Origin: Utricularia gibba
Taxonomy: Eukaryota; Plantae; Magnoliophyta
Length of the DNA: 39,862 nt
Reading direction: 5' to 3'
Assembly (NCBI GenBank): GCA_002189035.1
Contig: NEEC01000116.1
Location: 1-39,862, forward strand
The position numbers and the translations under genes were made by a program. Every line of letters begins with the position of its first letter. The first letter of the stretch is position 1. The notes beneath the pieces were generated by a model. The model made no database searches. It worked only from the letters and a program-made list of their open reading frames with translations, and was not told where the DNA came from. Shown here in pieces: positions 26,314-36,957 of this stretch.

Positions 26314-26689
26314 AAAGAAGACAATGAATACTCCATCTCAAAAGCCATGGATGTATATTGCCATTTGTGAACAAAAGAAATCAACAAGATGAAAAATAAG
26401 TGTATGTAATTTAAAAGAGTGTGTCGTGAGGGTATTTGAGACCATTTTCTAGGCACTCACATTTGTCGTGAGTGTGTTTGGGAAGGGGTGTTTATTAAGG
26501 GCAAAAATCGATTTAGACCCCATCAGTGCTTGATAAGATTTTTCAGGCACCCACTTCCTTTGTATGTGTGCCTAAAAAAAATTTAAAAAAATAATATACA
26601 TTTTTTTATTTTAATTTTAAATTTTAAAATTTTAAAATTTTTTAAATTGTTTTTAATTTATTTTTAATTGTTTTAATTTTTTTTTTAAA

Positions 26690-26868
26690 TCCAAACCGCA
26701 CGGTTTACGGTTCGGAACCGTGAACATTACGGTTCACACACGGGTTGGAACCGTCGGTTCCACGGTTCCAATTATGCCGAACCGAACCGAAACCGTACGG
26801 ACATCCATCCGTTGAAACCGACTGTTTCGGTTCGAACCACGGTTCCGGTTCAATCGAACCCACCTCTA
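26690..26868 (-). repeat. hAT 5' terminus: TIR plus dense AACCG/CGGTT subterminal motifs
   Basis: More than ten AACCG/CGGTT motifs within 180 bp, ending in CCCACCTCTA. Confidence 0.85.
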
Positions 26869-27890
26869 GACTGATCCCTTACATTCTATGTAGGTGGTGA
26901 GTCAGGTAGTAGCACGGGCAAGGATGCGATATGATTGGGCGAGGAACACTATAGCGCTAGTAGTATGTAGTGTAACTATGGCGTGCATGTGTTGTGGGCT
27001 GATGTACCACCATTTTGTGACAGTTCTCATGATGGTATTAGTATCTTATCGCTATATTTCATCATTTTCTCACCACATTTCCGCCACCCCATCACCATCT
27101 CCTCGCCATGGGGCACATGGAACCCTAAAGGGGTCCTGGTGTCATTCGAAAGCATCCTCCCTATTATATATGTTGAATATACTAAATTATAGATAACGAC
27201 ACTAGACATAAAAATATTGAAAAAAACTACATTTTTTTGCTAAAGACAGAAGATGTCCTATGATGGGGTCCGGCACCTCCAACAGCACCTCCCCCCTATG
27301 ATTGTAGAACATTTCAAAACTTGTGTAATGGTAGTAGACATCAATCTATCAAAAAAAAGTAATGTTTTTTAGGAAGTCTTGGGTAAGTTCCTTACATGTC
27401 ACGTCCTTGTCGTGTCCGAGCACCTCCACGAGCCATGCCTCCGCCAAAGAGTCTTGTCCTACAGCCCCCTTCCCTGTGACGATTCGTAGCGACACCCTGA
27501 TCGGGCAAACCATCACCACATGCATGCTGGTAGCATGATCGCAGCATCACTCTCTGCACCCAAGGCATCCCATACAATGCATCCTATGCACATGCCTAGT
27601 GTAGCCTCGCCCACATGTGGTGTTCGTTCCTGCCAAGTGTGTCCATGACCGGGGTTTTGGGCATAGAGGTTAGCATGGCACAAAAACCAGCCTTTGTTCA
27701 TACTTAGCAAAATGTCAAGTTCAAATAAGAAGAAAAAAAGGGAAAATAAGCAAATCTTGTAAGGTTCATGTGAAGCGCCCCAAGAACTACCCTGACCACC
27801 ATCACTCAGCCGTCCCATCCTCAATATAAGCCACACTTATCCTATCCATGCTCTCATTCCCGAATGCCCCTACAAGATATGTAAGGGGTT

Positions 27891-29854
27891 CAGCTGCATG
27901 CGAAAGTTGGAAAGGCGGTGAAACACGAAAAAGGCATTACAATTCAGCTGCGTGCAAAACTTAACACTTTTTCTTTTCTTTTGAGGTGAAGGGCGAACAG
28001 AAGATTCTGGAACCGGATCAGAGGGAAATGGATTTATCGAATCGGAAGTGGGAGGTGTACTAGAAATAATAGGGATATCAGGTGGAGACTGAAAGAGATG
28101 ATGAAATTCTAACTCAGAACCAGAGAGGATGATGAAATCGCACCATGCCCCCCCCCCCCCCCCGAATATGACCAAGGATCCCGCAAGTGGTCAATGTATC
28201 TCACGATAACATTTGGAACCGGGACTCGTATTTCACAGAGCATTCGTTGAGCCTCCGATACACATCTCTTCGAGAATCATTAGAAGGGCGAAAGCAGCCG
28301 ACCTCAAAGGGACTGGGAGGCTTAATCGGGAAGTTCCATCTAGCTCCTATGAGGGGAGCAACCCAAATAAAGGAAGACCACCAATCATGATGGGTATCGG
28401 GAGGTTTAACGATGAAATCGGGATGATCTTCGAACCGGCGAAATTGAAAGTGAGCACGCCCATGCATCAGCGGCTTAGCTTTTCAAACTGCAACTTTGAA
28501 GAGTTGAAAAAAAATCCACCAAGGTCATTGCCGGATCCATACCCGCCGAGTAGAACAAGAAGGCAGTAAAGCAAAAGATTGAATTCGGGGCTAGGCAATA
28601 GAGGGGGATTATGAACATATGAAGAAATTGAACGAGTAGAGGATGGAGCGGAAATCGGAGGCCGCTTTCTAAATAGGCAATGGGGATGGGGAGATTAAAA
28701 CAGGGAAGAGGCATTTCCCCAGATCCCCAAGGAATCTGACCATCCCTAGCCTGAGAAATGATATATTCTTCCGGAATCAAATATTTGGAGCGGATTGCAG
28801 GGATGCTCAGTGTGCTAGATCTTCTGCCCATTTCGTTTTCGAGAACTGAAAGGTGGAGGAAGTTGCAAAGGGGACAAACAAAGAGTAGAAACCCGTGGAG
28901 GGATTAGGATGAGAAGAAGAGGATTTCAAAAATCTAGCGGAACGTAGAACTAACCCAGGAATGCGAGAAAGATGCAGAGAAAATACGGATACTTGAAGGA
29001 CTTGCAGTTTCCGATGAGTAACATGGTGGCAAACACGACGGAGCACGAATGGCGCTGAAACTTCCCAGAAGAACAAAGAAAGCAAAGGGGAGAAGTGACG
29101 GAAAAAAGGCGTATTTATAAGGGAGGTATTCGGATGGTGAAACGGCACATCGTTTGGAGTGCCCAGAATGAGTGGGAAGAAGCGTGGCGTGCCCAGGAAG
29201 TGACGCGTGGCGAAGAAATCGTTTTGAATCAGTTTGAGACTCACCCCTGGAAGAATGATACGCTCGAAATCGGAATAGCTGGGATTCTAATTCCCCGACT
29301 TGCCCTGAAAGGGTCCATATTGGCAAATCAGAGGGGCTGAATGATGGAGTACAAATCAAATATGGTTAGATGGTCGTTGAAAAGCTGCCAAAAAATGCTC
29401 TGACAGGATCGCGCCGGCCAACAAACCGATATGTATCAGAGACACAGTCTGAAAAGTGGTTGAATTACGGCAATGCGGACGGCGATCTTCTGAAAAGAAG
29501 GATCATGATACAGGCGCAAAAAGCAACCGATAATCCTAAAATTCAGGGGCCGGTCAGTTCGACCTTTTCTATAAGTAAGAAAAATCTTGAAGAGAAAGGG
29601 GTTCGACCCTAAACCTCCCAACATGTACCTTTCTTTACCATCCCCATCTAGTAAAGGCTTTCTCCAGCGAGCTTCGATAGCTCCGTGGTTTTTCCGTCCT
29701 CCGGCGTTTTCCACGTAAAAATCTCCGCCCACCCTTATTTTTTGTTGATCAAATCGAACAAATTGCAAAAAAGCATAACAAGGTGCGATATCTCCGGCCG
29801 CACCTATAACCCGAAAATCGGCCCCATCATGGACACCGATTTTTACCCATAACA
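27891..29854 (+). mobile_element. 3' fragment of a Tat-lineage (Retand-like) Gypsy: antisense extra ORF, PPT and 3' LTR (29342-29854)
   Basis: PPT-like AGAGGGGC just before the TGATGGAG...CCATAACA LTR, which is homologous to the solo LTR at 9178-9693. No gag-pol or 5' LTR. Confidence 0.8.
27900..28930 (-). pseudogene. Tat-type extra ORF (Transposase_28 / 'putative gypsy type transposon' domain-like), frameshifted
   Basis: YLESGLRFPLHPLL...LAPNS and HHDWWSSFIWV segments, followed by a Pro/Ser-rich tail with PQKKRK. Antisense to the LTR/PPT. Confidence 0.7.
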
Positions 29855-30799
29855 TCGTGCAAAGCATGTTGCCTTTGGGTTGGGGTGGCCATCTCCCCTT
29901 CTTGCCCCTTGATTGCATTGATCACACATCCCTTGATTCACTATGCCCTTGATCTATGCCGTTAACACAATGGAACACCCATATTAGCCTCTAAACCATA
30001 TGGAGATCCCCTTACTGAATCGAAGCACCTTCTTCCTCCCCTTGGTTCCTATTATAGATATTTCCATATCTCCAAGATTTGATATCTCCTTGGATTAGGA
30101 AACTTCCCTTTGACCGTATCTTTCCATATCTCACCACCTTTCGCACACCATGCATGCTGCAATTGTGTCTTGCACATGTTGCAAGCATGTCTTGTTTGCG
30201 CGTGATGTGAGCTTGTGTACGCACATGCTGTGCGTGTGCTATCCCTGTCTCATGCGTGTGCACGTGCACCCCCACTAGTCTCTATGTGTGCGATGCTCCA
30301 TCATTCTCCCGCTAGCCTCTGCGCACGCGGTACCTCCTCTGTTTGCCCACTAGTCTCTATGCGCACATGCTTCCCTATTCATCTGCTAGCCTTTGAGTGC
30401 TGCGCATGTTGTTCGCACGCTCTCTCGCCAGCCTCACTTACCATGCTACTCATACGATATCTCGTCTATGTGCTATCTCGACAGCCTCTGCCACTCTTGG
30501 TACTCACACAATATTCGCGCCCCTGTGCTAGCCTCTACTACCGGGCTACTCATGCACACCTCCGCGCTAGCCCTTGCTGCGTGCGTGCCCTCCGTGCACG
30601 CCACACATCGGTCTCTCGTGCCAGCACTACGCACCACATACTCCATTTTAATTCATCTCCCAGCATCCCTCGATCAAACCATTATATTCCATTCAAACAC
30701 ATATAAACCAAGTAAGATCGAGGAAAAGCATCGGTACCTTATGTCGGGATTGTCATAAACTCCCCTTTTTTATAGAAGTTTCATCCTCGAAACTTTGCC

Positions 30800-33700
30800 A
30801 TCCATGATCGTCAAATACTTAGCTTGCATAGCCATCTCCTTCTCCTAAGTGGATTCCTCAACTCCACGCCTCATCCATTGCACTTTTACCCACCATATCG
30901 GCTTCCGATTTACCATGGTCACCTTTCGATCTAGGATCCTCAAGAGCTTTTTCTTGTAAGTCAAGTTCTCAAGTCATTTGTCCTGATCTCCATATCTAGC
31001 AAGGGAAGGTGTCTCATGAGTTATGAGATGTGGAACACATCATGCATCGCCCCCATTCTCGAGGGTAGGGCGAGTCAATAGGCCACCTCCCCTACTTGTG
31101 CTGTCACCTCTTATGGTTCAATGTACCCTGATCCTAAGTTGTCAAACTTCCCTTGACATATGACCTCTTTTCATGGAGAGACCTTGAGGTATGTCTTGTC
31201 CTCTACCTAGACTCGAGTGGTCATCAATGTTGATCCACCCAACTCTTTTGTAGATCCTAAGCCACCTTCATCCTTTCCTGGATCATCCTGACATTTTGCT
31301 CAACATCTTACACTAGGTCTGGTCCCAATATTTTCCTTTCGCTCACCTCATTCCAATTTAGTGGTACGCGGCATCGTCGCCCATAGAGTGCCTTGAATGG
31401 TGCCATGCCTAGACTCGCTTGGTAACCATTGTTGTATGTGAACTCCGCCAGGTATATGTGTTCGTCCCATCCCCCCTGCAATTCTAGTGCGCAAGCTCAT
31501 AGTAAGTCCTCCAGTACTTGTATGGTCCTCTTTGATTGTCCATCCATTTAAGGGTGGAAAGCAATGCTCATGAGCAGCTTTGTTCCTAATTCCCCTTGCA
31601 ATGCTCTCTAGCAGTAGAATGTGAACTTGGCATCTCGGTCAAATACTATGGTCGTTGGTATGTCGTGTAGGCACACAATCTCCCACAGATATACCTTGGC
31701 GAAAACATTCACACCCGAGTCCATGATGCATTTAGACCGTCATTGATCTTTGGCAACCCTGCGACAAAATCCATTGTCACATCCTCCCACTTCAACATGT
31801 GTATATCTAGTGGTTGCAAGTTACCTATAGATTGCTAGTGTTCTGCTTTAGTTTGCTGGCATACTTGGCATTATGTTGTTCATTCCACAATAGAGAACCT
31901 TAGGCATGACCACCATAAGCTCTTCTTGATGTCCTGATTCATTTTCGTATTGCTTGGGCGAATGGTTAGAGGTGAGTGATGCGCCTCCCCCAGGATTTCT
32001 TCTCTCAGACCATCCCTTGCTGGTACCCGTACTCGCCCGCGTACACAAATAGTCCCATCTTCGCATAGGCTATATGGTCCGACCCCTTCTCTACATCATC
32101 CTATTGTACTTCCCCTGAGTTATCCTCACCTTACACGATGCATATCTGTTCTAATAAGTTTGTAGTTAACCTAAGCATAGCCATGTCCGTATCTATCAAA
32201 ATCTCTATGTCAATTCTCTGGCTAAGTCTTTATTTACCACAGGATTGATGAGTTCGTCTGCTACTACATTAGCCTTGCCAAGTTAGTACTTTGCCTGTAA
32301 GTCATAATCCTTGATCAGTTCCACCCTCACCTTTGTCATAGGTTCAACAATATCTTCTGGGTGAATATTTCATTCAAGCTCTGATGATCAATAAACAACT
32401 CACATCGTGCTCCATATAGGTAGTGTAGTCATACTTTTAGTGCATGCACGATTGCCGCTAACTCCAAGTCCTACACATGTTAGTTCTTCTCGTGGGGCTT
32501 TAGTTGCCATGACGCATAAATGATCACATGTCCATCTTGCATCAATATTGCGCCAAGGCCTGTGCCACACACATCCGTATATACGGTATAATCCTTGCTT
32601 GGATGTGGCAATTGTAGCACGGGTGCAATGGTCAATTTTGCCTTGAGGTGGTTGAACACATCTTGACATTGCTCCATCCACTTGAACTTGGCATCCTTAC
32701 TTATGAGACTTGTTAGAGAAGTGGCGATGTTGGAGAAGTCTTGTATAAATCATATATAATATCCAACCAATACGGAAAAAATGCATACCTCACTCGCATT
32801 CCGTGATACCCCCACTAGACCACTGCTTCAACATTATTTAGGTCGATCTCTACTGCCTTTCTGCTGATCATGTGTCCTAGTAAGGAGACACTTCCCAAGT
32901 AGAAGTCTCACTTACTCATCTTCCCATACAACTGCTTCTTGAGCATCCGCTCTAGTGTTGTCCTAAGATACATGCGATGTGTCTCATTATCAAGTGAGTA
33001 TATCAAGATGTCATCGATGAAGACCACCATGAAGTCGTCGAGGTAGGGCTGGAACACCCTATTCATCAAGTCCATGAATACCACAAGTGCATTGGTGAGG
33101 CAGAATGGTAGCACCACAAACTCATAGTGTCTATAGTATGTTCGGAATGCGGTCTTTGCGATGTCTTTTTCCCTAATTTTCAGCTGATGATACATAGACC
33201 TTAGATCTATCTTCAAGAATACCATCACCTCCTTCAGATGGTCAAATAGGTCTTCGATGAGGAAGAAGATACTTGTTCTTGATGATGATCTTGATGAGCT
33301 CCCTATAATTCATGCATAGCCTCATGGTGATGTTCTTCTTTTGCAAAATAGTACCGTTGTGCCCCATGGTGAATGACTAGGTCGCATGAACCCTTTTTTC
33401 AATAGCTTGTCTAGTTGCTTCCGAAGTTCCTTAAGTTCGGTAGTGGCCGAGCGGTAGGGCACCTTAGAGATGGGCATGGCCCCTCAGCTAGTTCTATTCC
33501 CAACTCCAGTGCGTCCAACATGCTCCCTAGTAGTTTGTTGGGGAATATATCCATATTCCTCTAGTAAGTTCTTGATCCGTCCTCTTACGAATTCCCCTCT
33601 CTATCAGGCACAAACCCTCGCATGCCTCATACTTCCACTACGTTCCATTCTCTTCTTGCCACCCAATACTCCGTGTACCGCATCCGATGTATGCGAAGTA

Positions 33701-34900
33701 TGCTTAGCCAATCCATCTCGAGTATCACGTTGAATTTTTCCATATACATGACTATCAAATTTTCCTTCGTCATTGTTTCCTCCATACTCAGTGTAACTCT
33801 TGCACATAGCTCTATCATGGCTAGCTCACCCTCTCATAGAGTTCGTACCCTATACATGTTGTCATGTCTGAGTGTGTGGCACCACAACCAAACAAGACCC
33901 AAATATTGTGCGAGTTGATGATGAAAGTACCTAAAGTGATGTTAATCTTGTTCTGCACCGTCTTTGGAGAGATGGAATACTCTTGGCTAGCTTGTGCAAG
34001 TGGTGCACGGCACAGCCAGAATTCCGTTTTTCTCCACTCCCTCTATCTTCTTTGGGCATTCTTGTGTGAAGTGTCCCTTCTCCCCACATTGAAATCACCC
34101 GCCTATCAATAGGTGGAATTCTCTTGACTGCGCCCTTCCACAAGTCTTGCATTCTACACGTTTGATCACGTTAGGTTCGCTCGGGCTGGGGTTCGCCTTG
34201 TGTGTGCCATCTATGCTCCTTTTCCTTAATACCATGTACCTTCTTTGAAGTTCTGTTTCCACTGTGACTGTTGTTGCGACCAAATCTGCCAATCAGTGTT
34301 CTCATGTTGACATTACCCTATCTTGTATGTGAGGTATTAGTCCCCGACGGAACTACAACATCTTCAGTATCTTGCTTACCGCGATGCCTAGGTCATAAAA
34401 AAGTAGCTTCTGAAACTGTCTATGGTATTCATGGACACTCTTCTCAAGTTTCTATCTGATGATGTCAAACTCTATGATCTTCTGCAAGATCACTTCCTCT
34501 GGTACATAGTGCTCATTGAAGATTGCCTAAATTTGCCCCAATCCATGTCACCCATCTATGTAGGGTGCTGACGCTTCCACCAGCATCCTCAATTAGGAAG
34601 AGGCCCATGAGTGATGCCCTCCCAAGAACATTCTTTACTCGATATCTATCAGCCATGTTTCTGCTTGTTCAGCCGTGCCTCCCTCAAAAGTGAGAACCTT
34701 GGACTTCTTGAGTTTCTAGCAGTGCTCGCGCACCCGCTCCTCAATTGATAGAGGTCTAGTGGTGGGATTTTGTGCCCCTCATTAATAACGATGCCCAATA
34801 TCTTAGCGAAATTTTCCATAGTGTCGGCTCCTTTAATCAGTGCTTGATTAAGGGGCGTTGTTCACGCCCCTTGGTTCTTGATTTCCTCCTTATATTGAGC
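30800..34900 (-). pseudogene. Tekay gag-pol remnant
   Basis: [13 protein letters not shown]...KTAFRT...FIDDILIYS (33228-32908), RH LTIAPVL...YTDVCGTGLGAILMQ...YASWQLKPHEKN, integrase ~31900-31300, chromodomain ILDRKV...VKVQW...EESTWE (~30950-30830). Confidence 0.88.
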
Positions 34901-35052
34901 TAGCCCTAGTCCTAATACTCTTGCTTGCACACATTCTCTTGTTAGTTCTTGTTAGTTGACTCGTTACCTTTACCTTGCAGATGGCGTGGATGATACGAGT
35001 AATGGTTTATCCTTCCTATGTGGCATGCTATGAACCTCACTTTGATTCCATC

Positions 35053-36683
35053 TATGACGATCAATGGCAACCCCCTAGTCAGGCAAACCATCATCGCGAG
35101 TGTGCTGGTAGCATGATCGTAGCAACACTCTCCACCCGCAGGGCATCTTGTGCTGTGCATCCTACGCACACGCCTACTGCAGCCTCGCCCGCATGCAGTG
35201 TTTGTTCTTGCCAAGTGTGTCCACGCGCGGGGTTTTGGGCGTAGAGGTTAGCGTGGCACAAAAACCAGCCTTTATTCATACTTAGCAAAATGTCAAGTCC
35301 AAACAAGAAGGAAAAAAGGGAAAATAAGCAAATTGTGTAAGGTTCATGTGAAGTGCTCCAAGTACTACCTTGACCACCATTACTCGATCACCCATCCTCA
35401 CCATACGCCAAGCCTACCCTATCAATGATCTCATTCCCGAATGTCCCTACAAGATATGTAAAGGGTTAGTCTCGGAGGATACTTGACCTTGACCATATAG
35501 GCATATAAAGAAGAAGAAACAAGTAATCTGCATGACATCCAATGGTGGTCCTAAGACCCCTCCCTTGACCCTTGATCGATCGACGCCCCTTGATCAAATT
35601 CGAAGGTCCTCTCTTGATGATCTTTTGATCCCTATATGCACGAAGGCCCCTTGAATGGTGCAGTTCCCATGCAAAGCACGATGCCTTTGGATTGGGATGG
35701 CCATCTCTCCTTCTTGCCCCTTGATTACATTGATCATACATCCCTTGATTCACTATGCCCTTGATCTATGTCGTTGACATGACGGAACACCCATATTAGC
35801 CTCTAAACCATATGGAGATCTCCTTACCAGATCGAAGCACCTTCTTCCTCGCCTTTCCCTAGTTGTCCCCTTTGTTGCCACCTTTGTGAAGTGGGAGTGG
35901 AGAGGAAGAAGTGGCTTCGACTCTTCTCTTTAAATAGGGTTCATCCTCCCCTTGATTCCCATTATAGATATTTCCATATCTTCAAGATTTGAACTCTCCT
36001 TAGATTAGGAAAATTCACTTTAACCATATCTTTTCATATTTCACCACCTTCGCATGCCATGCATGTCGTCACCGTGTCTCGCACATGTCCCATTCGTGTG
36101 TGATGTGCGCTTGTGTACACACATGCTGTGCGCGTGCTATCCCTATCTCATGCGTGTGCGTGTGCGCCCCTGCTAGCCTCTATGCATGTGAATGCTCCCT
36201 TGTTTGCCCGCTAGCTCTGCACACGTGGTACCTCCTCTATTCGCCCACTAGGCTCTATGCGCACATGCTTCCATGTTCATCTGCTATCCTTTGAGTGTTG
36301 CGCATGCTGTTTGCACGTTCTCTCACCATCTTTACTCGCCATCATGCTCGTATGATATCTCGCCCGTGTGCTATCCGCATGCGCCCTGCACTAGCCTCTG
36401 CCACCCTTGGTACTCACACGACATTCGCATACACCCCGTGCTAGCCTCTACCACCATGCTACTCATGTGCTCCCCACACACACTCCATGCTAGCCCTTGC
36501 TGTGTACATGCCCTCCGTGCATTCCATGTGCTAACCTCTCTTGCCAACACTACTCGTGCAATCTACCTCATTTCCATACATCTCCTAGCACCCCTTGATC
36601 AGACCCTCATATTCCATCCCAAACACATATAAACCAAGTAAGATTTAGGAAAAACATTGGTACTTTATGTCGGGTTCGTCACA
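35053..36683 (-). repeat. Tekay 5' LTR (1631 bp) with internal CTAGCCTCT-type subrepeats
   Basis: Colinear with 27475-27890 plus 29855-30757. Differences are mostly transitions: about 5-8% in two segments I counted, more in the CpG-rich parts. Confidence 0.92.
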
Positions 36684-36886
36684 CTTCCCTCACTAATCCC
36701 CTTGAACACCCAAACCATTACACAATGGAATCATCATTTAGAAGACAAGGGGGCACTGTGCTGTGCTCAATGTATTATGAATAATAGGGCCCAGTATAAT
36801 ATAAGGGCTAATGGGGCCCAAGTTGCAAGGACCAAGGCTGTTTTACGGGATGCCCGCCCAAGAGGACGATTGCTTTGCCTGAGCAT

Positions 36887-36894
36887 TTTCCCGC
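36887..36894 (+). promoter_or_regulatory. E2F/DP binding site in the POLA2 promoter
   Basis: TTTCCCGC matches the TTTSSCGC consensus and lies 63 bp before the ATG of a replication gene. A site II GGCCCA lies at 36788-36793. Confidence 0.75.
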
Positions 36895-36957
36895 CATTTA
36901 TCTGAGCCTTGTTGTCTTCCAGAATCAGTTCCCTAACGCCAAGCTTGTGACTGTGAA

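Larger units (their letters stand above)
15960..26868 (-). mobile_element. hAT-superfamily DNA transposon (~5.5 kb net), carrying the Copia insertion
   Basis: Transposase at 25269-23192. Right terminus reads TAGAGGTGGG on the minus strand. AACCG/CGGTT clusters at 26690-26860 and 15975-16015, with shared subterminal motifs at both ends. The left TIR is degenerate and no 8-bp TSD was recovered, so the left boundary is approximate. Confidence 0.65.
27475..36683 (-). mobile_element. Ty3/Gypsy chromovirus (Tekay/Del-like), old and degenerate
   Basis: 5' LTR 36683-35053 (starts TGTGACGAACCCGAC). Degraded PBS TGGAATCAAAGT (35050-35039). Decayed gag-PR-RT-RH-INT-chromodomain, then PPT AAAAAAGGGGAGTT, then 3' LTR 30757-27475 (interrupted). 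CTTCCC flanks both ends (27469-27474, 36684-36689). Confidence 0.92.
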
